A DNA stretch of 63,657 nt, filler included, from Collodictyon triciliatum (GCA_043381765.1; 6 parts of 6 records of this genome joined end to end with filler, not necessarily neighbours in it), one strand, 5' to 3'; positions 1 through 14,585 are shown, counted from the first letter of the whole stretch. The notes: generated by a model not told the origin, from the sequence alone. Numbers and translations: made by a program.

Positions 1-71
<71 letters not shown>

Positions 72-180
72 TAATAAATAATAATAATAAATAATAATAA
101 TAAATAATAATAATAAATAATAATAATAATAAATAATAATAAATAATAATAATAATAAATAATAAATAATAATAATAAAT
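1..180. repeat. (AAT)n microsatellite, degenerating to AATAATA units
   Basis: Direct reading of the sequence. Confidence 0.95.
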
Positions 181-259
181 GTAAATAGCTAGAGACATAT
201 GATTCCATGGCTAGCCTCCATTCTACAATACATGGCAATAATTAAGTTTTATACGTAAG

Positions 260-632
260 GAACATTGTCCAAGAGTGAGATTCTGGAGCACGAAAGCATG
301 CAACGACACGAGATGGCAGGGGGTATATATATACCTTAAATATACCTTATATTATTATATCTGTAACAAGAATGGCATTGATGCACCGTATAGAGTCCTT
401 GTGTGTTCACAGCGTAGTTGTGTCTCTGGAGATGCAAAGAAAAGGAGTAGGCTTCAGACTCTTCACGGAGTACATCAAGCATATGCGCGCAAGGAAGAAT
501 ATTCGCCGGATTTTGTTGATATCTAAGCCGCACTTGTTAGCATTCTATGAAGCCGCTGGCTTTCGGTTGGTTGGTCCCTCTAGTGTGGTCCATGGCGCTG
601 AGACGTGGTACGAGATGCGCCTGGATTTTTGA
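260..632 (+). CDS. GNAT N-acetyltransferase (arylalkylamine/polyamine acetyltransferase-like), last two exons; 5' part outside the window
   Basis: An exon at ~260-323 (GTLSKSEILEHESMQRHEMAG) joins through a GT-AG intron to ESLCVHSVVVSLEMQRKGVG...LLAFYEAAGF...VVHGAETWYEM. This has the GNAT motif A QRKGVG and the FYxxxGF motif. Confidence 0.85.
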
Positions 633-1075
633 GTTTGCTGTCTTTGTCGATGCGAATTCTCATAAAGGGGTTGTTTTGATGACAAGAGAGGGATGAGCTG
701 TTCTGTCTGTGACTTCCGCTCTCCCCTAGGGATGACGGGTTTTCTATTGAATCAATCTTCGGAGTTTTTTCTTCTGTTGTTTACGTACTTAATGTTCGCT
801 ATATTTATGAATCATTCCAAGGAAGTTAGAGAAACAGAATGAGCCATGGCAACCCATGTAGATCTAGTTATGGTGAGAGTCAAACAGAGGCGATAAAGAT
901 ATAGGAGATCAGGCATCAAGAAATATGAAAGCCTTGGACGCCCCACGACGTCCACAAGACAAGCATCAGACCACCAAGTGAAAACAAGCACCAGAAAAGT
1001 AATGGAGCTAGGGGCGGGTGAGCACGAGGAAGAAAAGAAAAGCCAGAGAAATCGAGAGGCTGAAGGGAGAGCTAC

Positions 1076-1686
1076 TCATGAAGACAGGCGGTAGGGGATC
1101 TGGGCCCTCATTCTCCTGCAGAAGTCGTCTTTCTCCTGGGGTGACTTATCTCTCCACAGCTGCCCCAACTTTGCGGTAACTTCACGATGGGAGAGCCGCG
1201 GAAATGCTCTGCGCACGTTTTCGCGCTGGTCAAGGCAAAAGAGGATATAAGAGTTTGGATTCTTCTTGCGGGCAGGCACCTTCTTGACAGCTGTTTGGGA
1301 CACCCAACGCCAATTACGCTCTTTACGCCGTGGATTCCCCTCTTTTGAGCCACTTGTCTCGGCCTCGGCGTCCCCTTCCGGTTGGTGGAATGTCACAGAG
1401 TCTGAATCAGGATTTGAGCCTGAGAAAAAGTCGTTGTCTTTGTCTGTATCTGTGTCTGTGTCGGAGTCTATTGATGTGGCTTTGGCGGGGGTCTGTTGGA
1501 CGAACTGAGGTCAGAGGCATGGCCGATGAAGTGGTTGAAAGTCTGAGAAGATGTGAGTATTACCTGGTGAATAGGTGGTGGATTACGCAGCAGGAGCAAC
1601 AGGTGCGATGGAGTCAGGCATTCAGACTCTGACTGCGTGAAGGATGCATAGTGGGGCTCGGGATTCAGAATATCTCGCAGGTTCAT
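1076..1686 (-). CDS. HMG-box protein (2 exons)
   Basis: HMG box KKNPNSYILFCLDQRENVRRAFPRLSHREVTAKLGQLWRDKSPQEKDDF. A GT-AG intron at 1505-1563 joins MNLRDILNPEP...PPIHQ in frame to FVQQTPAK. The start could lie further upstream. Confidence 0.8.
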
Positions 1687-3514
1687 GCTTTTCCCCTTTC
1701 TTGCGTGTGAAGCCGTAGGATCTGCGGGAGATATGGGCGTGGTTTCAGCAGTTGGACATAGGAGGGAAAGGGGGTCTGTGAACACGGACTGTTTCCGAAT
1801 TTTGTATGAGGCTGTCTGGTTTTAGGAGTGCGAATGAATCAAGAGTGATTTTCATGACAGGTTTAGTCTCTCTTGAACGAATCGTGTGTCTGCGTCATAA
1901 TTTGGCTTAGAGTATGGGCGACGGCGAGGACAGAGCTCTTTGTGAGAAGCCAGCCTCGGAGATATGCCGACTGGCAACCTTTGATGCTCGCATGAAGATC
2001 AATAGCGTTGGCCTCAGGAGGCAAGCGACATGACTACTAGGCGATCGCATCACAGCGTCACTGGTTTTCGCAGCGGGTCTCGCCATTCCTCCTCCTCCTC
2101 CTCTCTGGTATCATCACCATCATTCCCCCAAGATTAAGCCCATGATGTAGAGGAATGGAGATTTAAGTTGTGTGCTGTTCTACAACCCCTACTGCCGCGC
2201 TTGTGTCATGCCCATATCACCACATTAATATGCTGACGGGTGCACTATTGGAGACATCTCTTTTTTTTTTTCTCTGATCGGGTCGTATGCTAGTGCCGGA
2301 AGCAAGAAAGAGTTGTTGTGAGGGCTGGTTCGAGTGTGAGATTGCGTGTGCTTGCTTGCTGCGAGATAACTGGGCTGCCTGTACATCGGCGCTGGTAAGC
2401 CGTCCTTACTTATATATTGGCGAAAGACCATAGGAGGACAAAGGGGTGATGGGCTTGGAACAAATATTGTTGCGCTCAGACACAACGAGGCCACGAAGCT
2501 CTTTCGACAATGGGGAGGAAGCACAAACAAGCGAACGAAAGCAATCTGAAATAAAGCCTTTTTCGTTTCTGTAAAGTTTCCAAATTCACTGGCGCCATTC
2601 TTTGCCTGTATTTGTTGGATTGTTTTCAGGTGGCTTTGGATTCGACTTGTCCTGAAACAACATAGAGAACACCACATAAAGCCAATTCGTGTATGCGCTA
2701 CGGGCGCTATCTATCCTTCGCAGCCCACTACACATCGCTACAAAAGAGCTATGTTATCGGGTTGCGTTGGGGTTTTGCTTGGCCACACGATATTTACACA
2801 TTTGGTGAGGTCGTCACTTGGTCGTCACCTTGCATCACCAACCCCTTATCTAGACTTTTATGGGCATTTATAATTCCACATTTGAAATTTAGCCTCATTC
2901 GAAAACGTTATCACTTTATCTTGAGCAAGAAAGGAATTTAATTTAGTCAGGGGAATTAGGGGCATCCCGTTTACATCCCAAGAAGGAGAGGATTTTGACC
3001 ATTTATGCGCCAATGCACTCCTTAATTACCTAGGAGATTCTTGATCAGGAAATAATCGTGTTTGGGAATTTTCTGTTTGTGTGCAGTCGTGTGACTTCCT
3101 CATGAAGTGAATGTTTGCTTCTCGGCCAGGTGCGATTTGCGCAATTGTCAAAGGTTGTTGCTCGCATGTTTAGGATGACGCGAAAACCAGCCCCCCACAG
3201 CCAAGCAAGCAGCCAAGCAAGCGCCTTCGACTTTGACTTCTTCATTGCCCGACGCACCGCTGCATCGCCAGAGTCGCAAGACGGTGGAATGAAATGAAAG
3301 GGAGTCGAAAAAATACACTGGTTCATTCAAAGTATGCTAAGCCCAGAAATGCGGACCCACCGCCTTAAGTAAACACAGATGAAGGTGATGGAGAAGATGG
3401 AAAGGAAAGGATAGTCCAGGGCCAACCGACTACGACCTTACTCTGCGATAAGCGATTGGCTCAAGGGAATCGAAAAAAAGAAGAACAGGCCCAACACGTG
3501 CATTACTATCCTCT

Positions 3515-6500
3515 TTATTTGCTGTCGTGTGCACCCAGGAACTGATTTCTGCATTTGACTTGAAGCGTCTCTAAAACGACCGCCTGATTGCCTGCAAAAT
3601 TGAGCGACTGAGTATCCCCTGCCACCGTGAGACTCAAGACAACAACATAAGCAACCGACAGCAACAGTCAGCACCCCTTCGTGCCCTCATTGGGGCGTTT
3701 TTCACAAACCATGGCCTCCTCATTTCATAAATGTCTATGCATATAAAACAAACCCTTTCTCAAGTTCAGGAAGCAAAACATGAGAAGTGCTGGGACGAAG
3801 TTTGGGTGCAACTCCAGAACTTGACCTAAAGTTTTCTCTGCAGTCACAAAGTCACCCTGTAGGCAAAGAATAAAAACAGAAACAAATTTAGTAAAATCTT
3901 GGGATGAAAAGATATACAGTCTAACGAATCCATGTAAAACATAAAATAAAATAAATAAATAAACTAGGAATCGAGCGAATGAGATATTGGCACAATCGAC
4001 GCAAGTGACAAAAGAGGCTCTGTAATTTAACCAGTTTTGCAGTTGCGTTGTTGGCGAATGCAGGCAAGGTAAGATAATTTTCAACTCACTCGTAGTACGA
4101 GAGCAACAACGAAATTTGTCCGTAGTAGTGCGACCATGTTGGCTGGGACGTATAGCCTACCAAGACCTCTTTCCTCATCTTCACTCTGCCCTTTGCTAAC
4201 CTTGGTATTGGCCATCAATTCAATAGCCTCCATGAGGCATTTCTGAGACTCTTCAGTGCGATTCAGCAGACACAAGGCCTCTCCCATGTACATCATTATA
4301 AGAGACCTAAATAGAGGCGGTGAAGGGTTCGTCTCAAACATGTTTAATATCGAATCTTTGTATTCTGAGGAGATGATATGGGCTCTACGAATGATTACTG
4401 AGGGTTTGGAATCAGTCTGCCAGGAATATTTGATAATTTTTTTTTGATGCTTTAAGATAGTACTTACCTATCTAAAGCCTCCTTAATTTGCAGTGTATTT
4501 GCGACATTGCACCAATATAGGGCAGAAGTTGCATCCCCAATTTCCAAGTAAAGATATGGAAGCATGACTATTGCCGACTGGTATATGTGAAGGTGATCCT
4601 CGGCGGTACCCTTATGGACAGCAAATGATAAGGGAGAGTTCCCTAGTGCGTAAGTATTGTTTGAGACCTTGGGATATTTAAAGCAAACTTAACAGGTAAT
4701 CATCTTTTCCATAGAGAAAAGATTATTGTAAATAGTAAGACTTTGAGGCGGGCCAGTCGCGCTTGATGATCGATTTATAATTCCTATGCAGCTAACGACG
4801 CATTCGATGGCGTATGATAAAAGGGACACTGGCTTCATATGTTCCATAGTATTCCTGTCCAGATTTTTTTTTTAAAAAAAAGTAAAATAAAATACATAGA
4901 CATTTTAAGTATTACTTTTAAAAAAATCTAGAATTTGGGGCTTCAATATGTGTAAAAGTTATAGCAAGATACATGTAAAGTGATTCATTTTTCAACATAA
5001 GAGGACAATATGACGGTTTTGTTTTAATTAATTGGTGTGGACTTGCAAATTATAACATTTCAGAGTAATCTCCGAGCAAGCAGAGGAGGAGCGGGGAAAG
5101 GAAGGGGAGGGGGGAAGATAGTAACCCCAATTTTCTTACATCTCGCTCATCATTTGAATGTCCTGGTCGTGGGTTATTTTCACTTTTCTGTATTGCCCAC
5201 TACCCAGGATAGAGTAGAAAGGATGAAGGCTTTCGTGCGCATGGGTTTGCAGGTGAACATTTTTCTGAGTATAAAGAAGAGCAAAATATGTGTGTTATTC
5301 TTTGGTATTTTTCATTTTATTATTATTATTGCAACAAATTTTGTAAATCAGTGGAGATGAAACTACTATCGTGTCAAACTATGGTTTAGTTCGAGCGGAT
5401 AGTGTTATTGAACTATTGTACCTTGGAAAAGTACGACCCAATGCAGCACTCTGAAATTCGAAGCCATATGACTGGTTCAGTTCTCTTCTTCGCTAGGCAC
5501 GCTCGAAGGTATTGTAATGCCATATCGAACTGACCAAGCATAAAATGCTGTATCCCCAAGTTATACATCACTTCGTATTTGCGAAGGCGAGATTGGGCGA
5601 ATATTCCTTTGTTCCATGACGAAGCAGCCACTATATATAATCACTTTATGAGGATACATACTTTAAGTTTATTTTCGCAATATTGCACAAACACACCAAA
5701 AGAGAAAAGAAAAGAAAAGAAAAGAAAAGAAAAGAAAAGAAAAGAAAAGAAAAGAAAAGAAAAGAAAAGAAAAGAAAAAGAAAATAAAAGAAAATAAAAG
5801 AAAATAAAAGAAAAAGAAAATAAAAAGAAACGCAACGATTACATTCTGGTCTTGCCCCACCATCCCTAGATTGGTTGGTGCCATCGATACTAGACAGAGC
5901 TTTAGCGAAATGAAGACATGAAGCGGCGTATTTCTTTTGCTGGAAGTAAATGCACCCAATGTTGTTTAGTACAACAAACTCATCAACACTTTCTCTCCCG
6001 ACACGACTGAGCATCTGATTAACACATCTGTTATATTCGCCAGCCTTATACATATTTGTTGCAATAGAAAATGTGTCTTGAGTAGTTATGGAGTCGTTTG
6101 GGACAAGCTCCAAATGATGGATTGGCTCTGCGTCTTTTTCTTTCATAAAATTCATAATTCCTCGATAATAACGAACGTAGTTCTCCGGCTCTCTGGAATA
6201 AGGTGACATGCAAATTAGGTCTGCTTCAACAGGCGCTTTAGTATCTGGGGCGGAGGTTGGATTCGATTTCGATACTGCCCTAACAGATTCGATAAGGGAG
6301 TGGTCTAATGTTGTGTGGATTGCCAGTCAAGATATATTTTCCGAAAAAACATTTTTTTTTTGCGTTAAACAAAACATCGGGTATGCAAACTTACTATCAA
6401 ATAATATGTCTTCGAGAAGCGAGAGTAGCTTCGGAGTGCGATCCACTTGCTTGTATTCGATGAGATAGATTTGAATCAAGAGGAAGCAAACATGAACTGA

Positions 6501-7070
6501 TAATACATAGCTGAATTGGTCGATTCTTGTGAGCAGAAACTCGAGAATAGAAACGCTCTCCTCAAAACGGTGCATATGGTACAGAATCACGGCACGATTA
6601 TATGATGCATAAGACGGTGAAGCATCTGATTTTCCACGTTCAGAGCTAATTTGAGGGAAACCAAAACGAGAAAAATAATAAATAATAAAACATACAATTA
6701 TTGTCTTCCGGTTTGGGGGTTTTTTTTTTAAAAAAAATTTAAAATAATACATTTTTGTAATTTTACTTATTTCAATGTAATCATTAATGGAACAAAATAT
6801 CTCATAAAGTTATATCACAAACCTCTTTGTTACGGGTTCCTTTGATTCTGTGGAGCGGGTTATGAGTTTTGACAGGTCCTCGGACAGGCGCTGAGGCTGA
6901 TTTGGGTATGAATGAAGATACTCCACAAGAGCGATGTTCTGAAGAACAGAGAGCGAAGACTTGTGACTCGCCGTTGATTTTAATTTCTGGAGATGGGTGA
7001 GGCATTCTCCGTATTTGCCGCTTGCGAAGCACTTTAGCGCTTGTGTTTGGATGTTTGTGATTGTCGACAT
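3515..7070 (-). CDS. CNOT10: CCR4-NOT transcription complex subunit 10 (multi-exon, TPR-like)
   Basis: Exons encode ALKCFASGKYGECLTHLQKL..LQNIALVEY, YNRAVILYHMHRFEES, LNNIGCIYFQQKKY..FAKAL, EVMYNLGIQHFMLGQ..ALQYL..PVIWLRISECCI and MYMGEALCLLNRTEES, in the order expected for CNOT10. The 3' end is approximate. Confidence 0.85.
5704..5828. repeat. (GAAAA)n intronic repeat
   Basis: Direct reading; lies in a CNOT10 intron. Confidence 0.9.
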
Positions 7071-7820
7071 AGGATCAGGCGTACTGATTCCTGGGTGTTG
7101 TTTGTATCTATTCTAGAGTTTGGCTACTTCTCTGGAGAGCGCCAGCAACTATGAGGATGAGCACGAGGGAAAGGTTGCTTCCTATTGATCTATTTAAGCC
7201 GTAAGCAAGTGAATATATTTTTTTTTTACACCGTTTGCATAGGTTAACGGCACTGCCAAGTGTGAAAAGGATTCACAAGAGGGATTGTTTTGTTGTTGGG
7301 GACTGGTATATACTGAGATCTTCTTTTCCTTTTCTCTGTCTCTTTCTTTTTCTTCAGAACTTCCACAGCGCGTTTCGATCACTTCTATCCCAACAATCAA
7401 AACATAGCCCCGTTCGGAGCGGGCTTGATCTGTGCATAATCTATATCCTAAAATAGAATATTCGTTCAAAATTGGAAAATATTTTCGAGCCACACAACCC
7501 ACATCCATCGCCGCTGTTTGGTTAGGGATTGGGATATCCCGCCCCGGTCTTAGAACCTTGGCGAGAAGCGCGATTCGGCCTCAGTCAGAAAGGACATTTG
7601 AAACTCAAGGTCTATGGAGCAGTTTAGAGCAAAAAGGAGCAGGAGAAAAAGTGAAAGAAAAGCACTGCAAAATATCATAAAAGAACAGTGCAGATTGGGA
7701 GAGAGAGAGAGAGAGCAACGCAAGGGAGTGAAAGACAGGGGCTAAAAGCACGAGTTTTGTCACACAGAAAAGTGAGTTTGACTAGCCTTCATTTAGGACA
7801 CATATCCTTGAAGCTTCGGA

Positions 7821-10800
7821 ATGCTACCTCGTATTTCAGAACTACTCACAAGCTACCAATCCAATCCCTCCAGGCAAGAAAAACGGAACTGCGAATATAT
7901 TTATTTTATGTCATTTTTACTGTTAACAAAGTCTGATTATCTTAATCGCTTTGTTGCTTTATTATCTGATTGTTTAGTTACTTTACTTTTTTTTTTCCAT
8001 GTCTTGGTATTTTATTCCTATTATAAAGCTTCAGATCAAAACAAAAACTTCTCTTGAAGTTTAGTTTTTTTTTTATCTTAAAATGTCTTGAATTCCGCAA
8101 AGGAAGAAGCTTTAATGCAAAATCATTTCCTGCTGAGGGATGTCCATTTACAGACGCACTCCCACAATTGATATCTAACTCTATAGAAGCGCCCAAATAT
8201 TTCAGTCATATATACTATGATTCTAGAGTAAATCTTGGAAACTTGACCCGTTGTAATACCATCTTCATCGGTCTCATTGTCCATTTTTTTTTCATAAATC
8301 ATATCGCCTGAAGGTATGGTCAGGATGTTAGAGGCTGCTTATCTCACACAGCACAGGGCATCTACAAGACGAAGACAACAAATAACGAGATTGAGCGGCT
8401 ATTGACGTCGTGTTTAAATCTCGGTGGTTTGTTTTAAATGGACGTTCTTCCATAACCACCCACTAAAAGACACTACTTTATCGTAAATACCTCTGAAATG
8501 TTTATTGAAACCAGTTCTTGTATGAGCAATAGTTCATATTATTTTCCGTTAATTATTTCGACCATTTATAATATTAGATAATTAGACACAATATGTAATA
8601 TGATATGCACGGTTGACAATCAATTTACAATAAAGTTTTATATCTACTATTTATATTATATGCATTCCTGGCTTGATGATTTGCGTCAATAGATCCCAGG
8701 AACTATATATCCATCAGTCTGTCGACTCCGCTAGTTTTTGAAGCTACCACATATACGAAGCATCTAGAAGGGGTACTGCTTTGTCCAGATTTTATGAATT
8801 ACATCGACATCTAAAATTTTATTTGAAATATATCCAATTTAAAAATATACCGACACATAAATCACATCTTATTGTGCATGTATCTAGCCTTCCTATCTGT
8901 ATAACAACGCAGATGCTATATAGTCATGCATACTGATACTCCTTTTCCTTTTCCTTTTCCTTTTCCTTTTCCTTTTCCTTTTCCTTTTCCTTTTCATTTT
9001 CTTTTCCTTTTTCATTTTCATTTCCTTTTCCTTTTCCTTTTCCTTTTCCTTTTCCTTTTCCTTTTCCTTTTCCTTTTCCTTTTCCTTTTCCTTTTCCTTT
9101 TCCTTTTCCTTTTCCTTTTTACTCTTCGTTTCCTCCCGTCGTCATCCTGAATATTTTAGTGCATCGTAAAACATATCGAAAAGGGCGGATATCTTCCTTG
9201 TATTTTCGACCAAAAAGCCTTCGATTATCTTTTAGGATGGCTTTTTCATCCAAATCCTGTTGTCAGGTAAGAGACTCATAATTAATTATAATACTTCTTA
9301 ACCAAAAAAAATGCTTGTCTTTGAAAATGAAACCAAACTCTTCAGAATTATATATAGAGAAATTTTCGTTCAAAACATAGGCTCTTGTTTTAGGCGGTTT
9401 TTTTCCAGATAAAATGAAATATCCATCCTTCTTTCATACATGAGAGGAAAAAGACAGCCTTCAATATTTTACGGATAGGATATTGCGCAATGCTGAACTT
9501 CTTGGGCAGATTTTTTTGTTATAGGATGGTTACATTTTGGGGAAATGGGGATTTTTCAAGCAAAAAGGACTGGTCCACCACAACACAACTATTTTCAGGC
9601 AATCCTAATACCCAATAGATTCGATTTCTCTTTCTTTATCTATTACCGTGCATTATTTATAGCGTATACTAACACTCATGTTTATTTATTTATGGATGTT
9701 TATCAAAATTTAATTGAATACCGCATTATGTTCTAATTATGCATTTATATTTCATGCTCATGGAACTCAGAATGGGATTTTAGGTAACAAGACCTATTAT
9801 GATATTTAAAGTGAAATCGATATATTGACTATCCGAATTAACATATTTTGTGGCTAAAAAAATTATACTTTAGGAGTTCTAGATTCGGTTTTGTTCCTCA
9901 ATCATCAAATCTATGCTCATCCATGTGTCATCTTTTGACAGTCCTTCCTCCAAATCATATCATTGGTGAGACCTTTTCTAAAGTGTTAGAATCGTGGTAT
10001 GAAGCCACCCATGGACACATATCAAGCGAGGTAAAGCATTCATATTTACAAAATACGTCAGCTCTATTTTGAAATCGCCTTTTTCTTCTTTTTTTTTTTT
10101 TTAAAAAAAAAAAGCAAACAGTAATCATAATGATAGCCTGGTAAAATAAAACCGAGTTAATGCTGACTACATATATTCCATGAAACTAATAGTCAAACAA
10201 TAGGTTATGTGCAGAATCATTACAAAGCTGTTTCAAACTGGTCAGAAAAATGTTATTTTGATTGGAAGGCTTCAATTCATATATATATTAATTGTCATGA
10301 ATTCCTCTGACTGTTTCATGAAATCACTATTTCACCAAATTCAGCCTCCACCATTCCCATGGACAAGAGAATGAGCTCTATAACTGATTCTCTGTTTTCG
10401 TGGCTTACAAAGCTATCACTCAAGCATGTGTCTGATGGTTCTCTGATTGAGGTATTTCCTTTCTTACTAAATTTAATAAAAAAATATTTTTTTTTTTACA
10501 AAGTTGATTGAATGGTAGTGAAAAAACATCGCAATAAGTGAACTTGTATGTTTATTTTGAATTGGTCCATGCAGCTTTTATCTTCTGTGTCGCTCTATTC
10601 CAAAAGCGCAAATCTTATTGGTAATTTTGAAAACAATAACAAAGCAATAAAAAGAATTTCCGTTGTTAACGCACCATTGTTCCTTGATTAGAATTTACCG
10701 ACAATTTAGTTTTTACTTTTCTTATGATTATGATAATTTAATAAATAACTCGACTTCATTTAATCGTGTTTCCCTTCACTCGCTCTTAGACCCCTTCTTC

Positions 10801-13800
10801 ATATACAATGCGACCAGTAGCACTTTTAATTTGGTATTTTCTGTTAATTTCGTGTCATTTATTTGGCCATATTTGCACGCTTATTTAGATTTCTTGTATT
10901 TAATTTGATATGTTTGGATATAGCTATTTATTTCTTTTAAAAACCAACCAACTAACAAACAAACAGTACTTAGAAGGACATAGAAGAAATATGCCAATTA
11001 AATCTGAATATAAATCGACTTTCAACAGGATTTTAGAGACTGTTCTAAAGATTACTCAGTAAGACGATTATTTACTCTCAAAATGAACCTTTTGGAAAGA
11101 ATAGTTTATTATTTTATTGATTGATTCTGTAATATTACAATGATCATTAAATGCATACAAACGAATCCATACGTATTCGTGCTTTACATATTCTTAATGC
11201 CGCTTATCTTTTGAAGGTCGAACAAAAATAGCAAGGAATTACAACGGCAGCATATTGCTTTTTTATCTAAATACAGAGTATCTATCACAGAAACCTTTTT
11301 TAAAGATATTCATAAAATTGATGAACTTGAGCGTTAGTACTATCCCTTTTCTCTGAAATATCTTGCTTTTTTTCTTAGTGTAACTATTTCCGTAATATAT
11401 GTAAAAACTCTGACTTTTATCAAAAAACCGTCGAATTACTTCAAGTTGAGTTGAAAGCTAAATTTATTTATTTATATGGAATTAAATGGTATAGCTATAC
11501 TACAGTTTATTTCCAGGGGAATCGGAAAAGTTTTACGTACTTTCATAATTATTTTTTTTACTTTATACATCGGCTACATCAATAGGAAATGTCTGAATAT
11601 GATACATTATCAGATAACTGTATTAAAAAAATAAAAAAAATTCTTTATCAATACGCATTTGTTCACTTAATATCAACTTATCATACAATCAAGATGTGAC
11701 ATTGCCTGGGGTCTTTGAAGAATGCTCAAATAATGTAGGAGTTCCATGGCTTTAAGATAAATTATTTTATTTATTTCATATTTACTCTGGGCCTTATGTT
11801 GAATGGTTTTATTGTAATGTTCCTCTAACTCACATTCAATATACAATATTTGAAAAATGCTCATCTGCATACCTGATTTTGAACCATCCCACCATAGGTG
11901 GCCTCTTCTGCTTTGGTATCAAATATTGAGGAAGTTTCACACGTAAAGCAGATATTTGAGGCTAACTAAATATCAATCATGTCCATTAAGAAAGAAGCAT
12001 ACCTGAATAATTACAATTTTAGGCTATTCTTTGGGTTTTAAGCTCAGTGGATTCCATTCAAACTCCAACTTTTCAAGAAAAATTGTTTTTGTATTATACC
12101 AAAACTAGAGTGAGTACTTTATATTTGCTCCATTTATTCGTGTTGTTCATCACGGATGTGAATAGGAAAATGCAATCCATTTTACCTACTGATATCGATT
12201 TGTCACTTTTCGGATCATCAGTTCGTTAATCCCCATAAAATGAGTGTACTTGTAAGTAATTCCCATTTTATATGTCCTCTATAGTGCATGCTTTCTGTAT
12301 ATTATTTTGTTTTGAAAGAAATCTAATCTCCAGCGCTATGTCTTGAGCTTTCAAAAAAAAAAACTTAGAAGTGTGGCCGAATTTTTTTTCTTAATTCATA
12401 GACAACACCAAAGGAGTACGCTGCAACTTGGGTTCAACATATTCAATTCCAAGAAAGGTGCTTGATTAGAAACAATACAATACAAAGTGGGATTTGGATT
12501 AGAAAATAACATGAATACACTATTTATAACAACGAATTTAGGTTTACATCATCATTCCCCGACTATGTGGAGCGAGTCCTGGGCTACACCAATGTGTATG
12601 AACTGTTGAAGCTCAAAGATATTGCCCTCTCCATTATATTTTATATCATCGTTCCCAGTTACTTTCCAAGAAATCCATTTAAACGTACATGGTCCAGGTT
12701 AGATCAAAGGCATAATAGATTTATCCTTGAATACTTATTTGCCAACAATATTCTCTTCAGCAGAGTGCAAACATATATTCATACTATAATAACAACAAGT
12801 TACTAATTCAATTGAGCAGGTCAAATATGGATGTTACATACCAGTTCCTTTTTGATGTAATATATTTTTGAAATAATTAATAAGGATTTGTATTTTCATT
12901 TATGATTTCCTTAAAGTGATACCAAAGGGCACTTTTTCTTAGTTTTTTTTTTTTACGTCACAACTTCACATAAAAAACACAGGTCATGTCACTTTTTGAT
13001 TTACACAATCTAGCTGATGGTTTTGTGTCTACATTTCAGGTTTTTAGGCTTCTATTATATAATGATTGAATTTTATAAAGCCTGATATAATGTTTGCTGT
13101 TTTTATTAATTTCTCAATATTATCGTGTTAACTTCAACTAATTGGATTTTCTCTTTCTTTTCTTTCTTTTCTTTCTCTCTTTCTTTCTTTTCTTTTCTTT
13201 TCTTTTCTTTTCTTTTCTTTTCTTTTCTTTTCTTTTCTTTTCTTTTCTTTCTTTTCTTTCTTTTCTTTCTTTTCTTTCTCTCTTTCTCTCTTTCTCTCTT
13301 TCTCAATTCAAATTCACATCTCAAAAAAGTTCATTTTCAAAATCCATAAAATGATCGATAGTGATAACCTCTTCCAAATTTTAACTTCATTTGACGAGTT
13401 TGTAAAAAATGAAAGTGTGAAGGCATTCCTACGCCAGGTTTTTTTCTCTTTCGGACAATTAATTATTGAAATAATAATTTTAACACGTATCTTATGTGGT
13501 GGTTGCTTCTTTTTTTCTATAGAAAAGTCAATGGATGGAGGTACTGTACAATGCTGTTCAAATGAAGGAAGAGGTATAAAAGTTTTTTTTCTTAGTACCT
13601 AATCAGACAGCGTATCTTATCTTAATGAATTACAAACTGAATAGTAACCCGCGTTATAATTGGTTCTGTTAGGCATATTTTATCGATTTGCCAAATGAAA
13701 CGCAAGAGTTGATTACTTCATTAGTAAATACTCTCGGAAATTATCTGACGATGAGTCGTGAGAAAAAAATCCAATCAATTAGAGCTGATTTTGGAACATT

Positions 13801-14585
13801 CATGTTTAAGTTGCGTTTACTAAAAAAGAAAATTAACTGCTAGAATGTGGCGATGAAGTGTGTCCTGATGTACCAAGTATCCCTGATATAAAGGCAGCAC
13901 CCCAAACAGTAGATTTCACTCTACCCTCTTCAGTTGCTTTAGCATTACCGAAAGGAACTCTCACAACATGTATTTTATGATTTAGTGGATTTCATCGATG
14001 GAAATTAGTTGAAAAGAAAAGAATTCTCCACTTTTTGAGATTTTCACATTTATTTACGAGCGACCATGTATTTTTCGGAACAGCGACTATACAAAATGGG
14101 GATACATCTTACCTCTCAAGTGTAACAAAGCAAGGGACATCGGCCATTTCAGTTAGATTCCTTTATTAGCATGATAATTTACTTCAACGTATATTCTATT
14201 TTAGTACTCACAGAAGGTTTTTTTTTTGTTGTTGATAAAAATCATCTTCTTTTATCATAATATTCGTTAAAGTCTTCTACAATAATGGAAATCAATATCC
14301 ATAACAATTCTGGAAATGAGCAATCGTCAAATAGAAGAGAAACTGGTACAATTCAATCCCTTATATTGACAAACGAAAATATGCATTTGTACCATTTTTT
14401 CCTTTATTCGATTCAAAGAATATACATTTGTACTATACAATCTGAAAAATATGTGATATTGTATTAGTTGAGAAGAGTCGGAAAAGGCCATTGTCTGATG
14501 ATGTAGAAATCGTTCAAATCAAATCACCAAAACCACCTAACATGTCTATTTGGAGAACATCGCAGGCTCTCCGACCAATAATACG
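7821..14585 (+). CDS. Large multi-exon, mostly helical uncharacterised protein; possible senataxin/Sen1 N-terminal domain; may continue into the gap at 15080
   Basis: A chain of short open exons with GT-AG borders: FDYLLGWLFHPNPVVR, NLCSSMCHLLTVLP, DSLFSWLTKL, VMSLFDLHNLADGFVSTFQ, AYFIDLPNETQELITSLV, then low-complexity exons. The identity is tentative and the full exon chain was not resolved. Confidence 0.55.
8940..9120. repeat. (CCTTTT)n intronic repeat
   Basis: Direct reading. Confidence 0.9.
14396..14418 (-). mobile_element. Ultra-short poly(A)-tailed insertion, copy 1 (intronic)
   Basis: TTTTTCCTTTATTCGATTCAAAG between direct repeats AATATGCATTTGTACCAT (14378-14395) and AATATACATTTGTACTAT (14419-14436). 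Confidence 0.85.

Noticed and set aside
2050-3400. Short ORFs between the HMG gene and CNOT10
   Set aside because: No consistent exon chain or domain; treated as UTR or intergenic.
3465-3482. GGGAATCGAAAAAAAG as a tenth micro-insertion copy
   Set aside because: Lacks the CTTTG start and a convincing TSD.
5579-5959. Poly-F/K/L/I ORFs here and at other repeats (8926, 13106, 30641, 45538, 53182, 56938)
   Set aside because: Translations of microsatellites.
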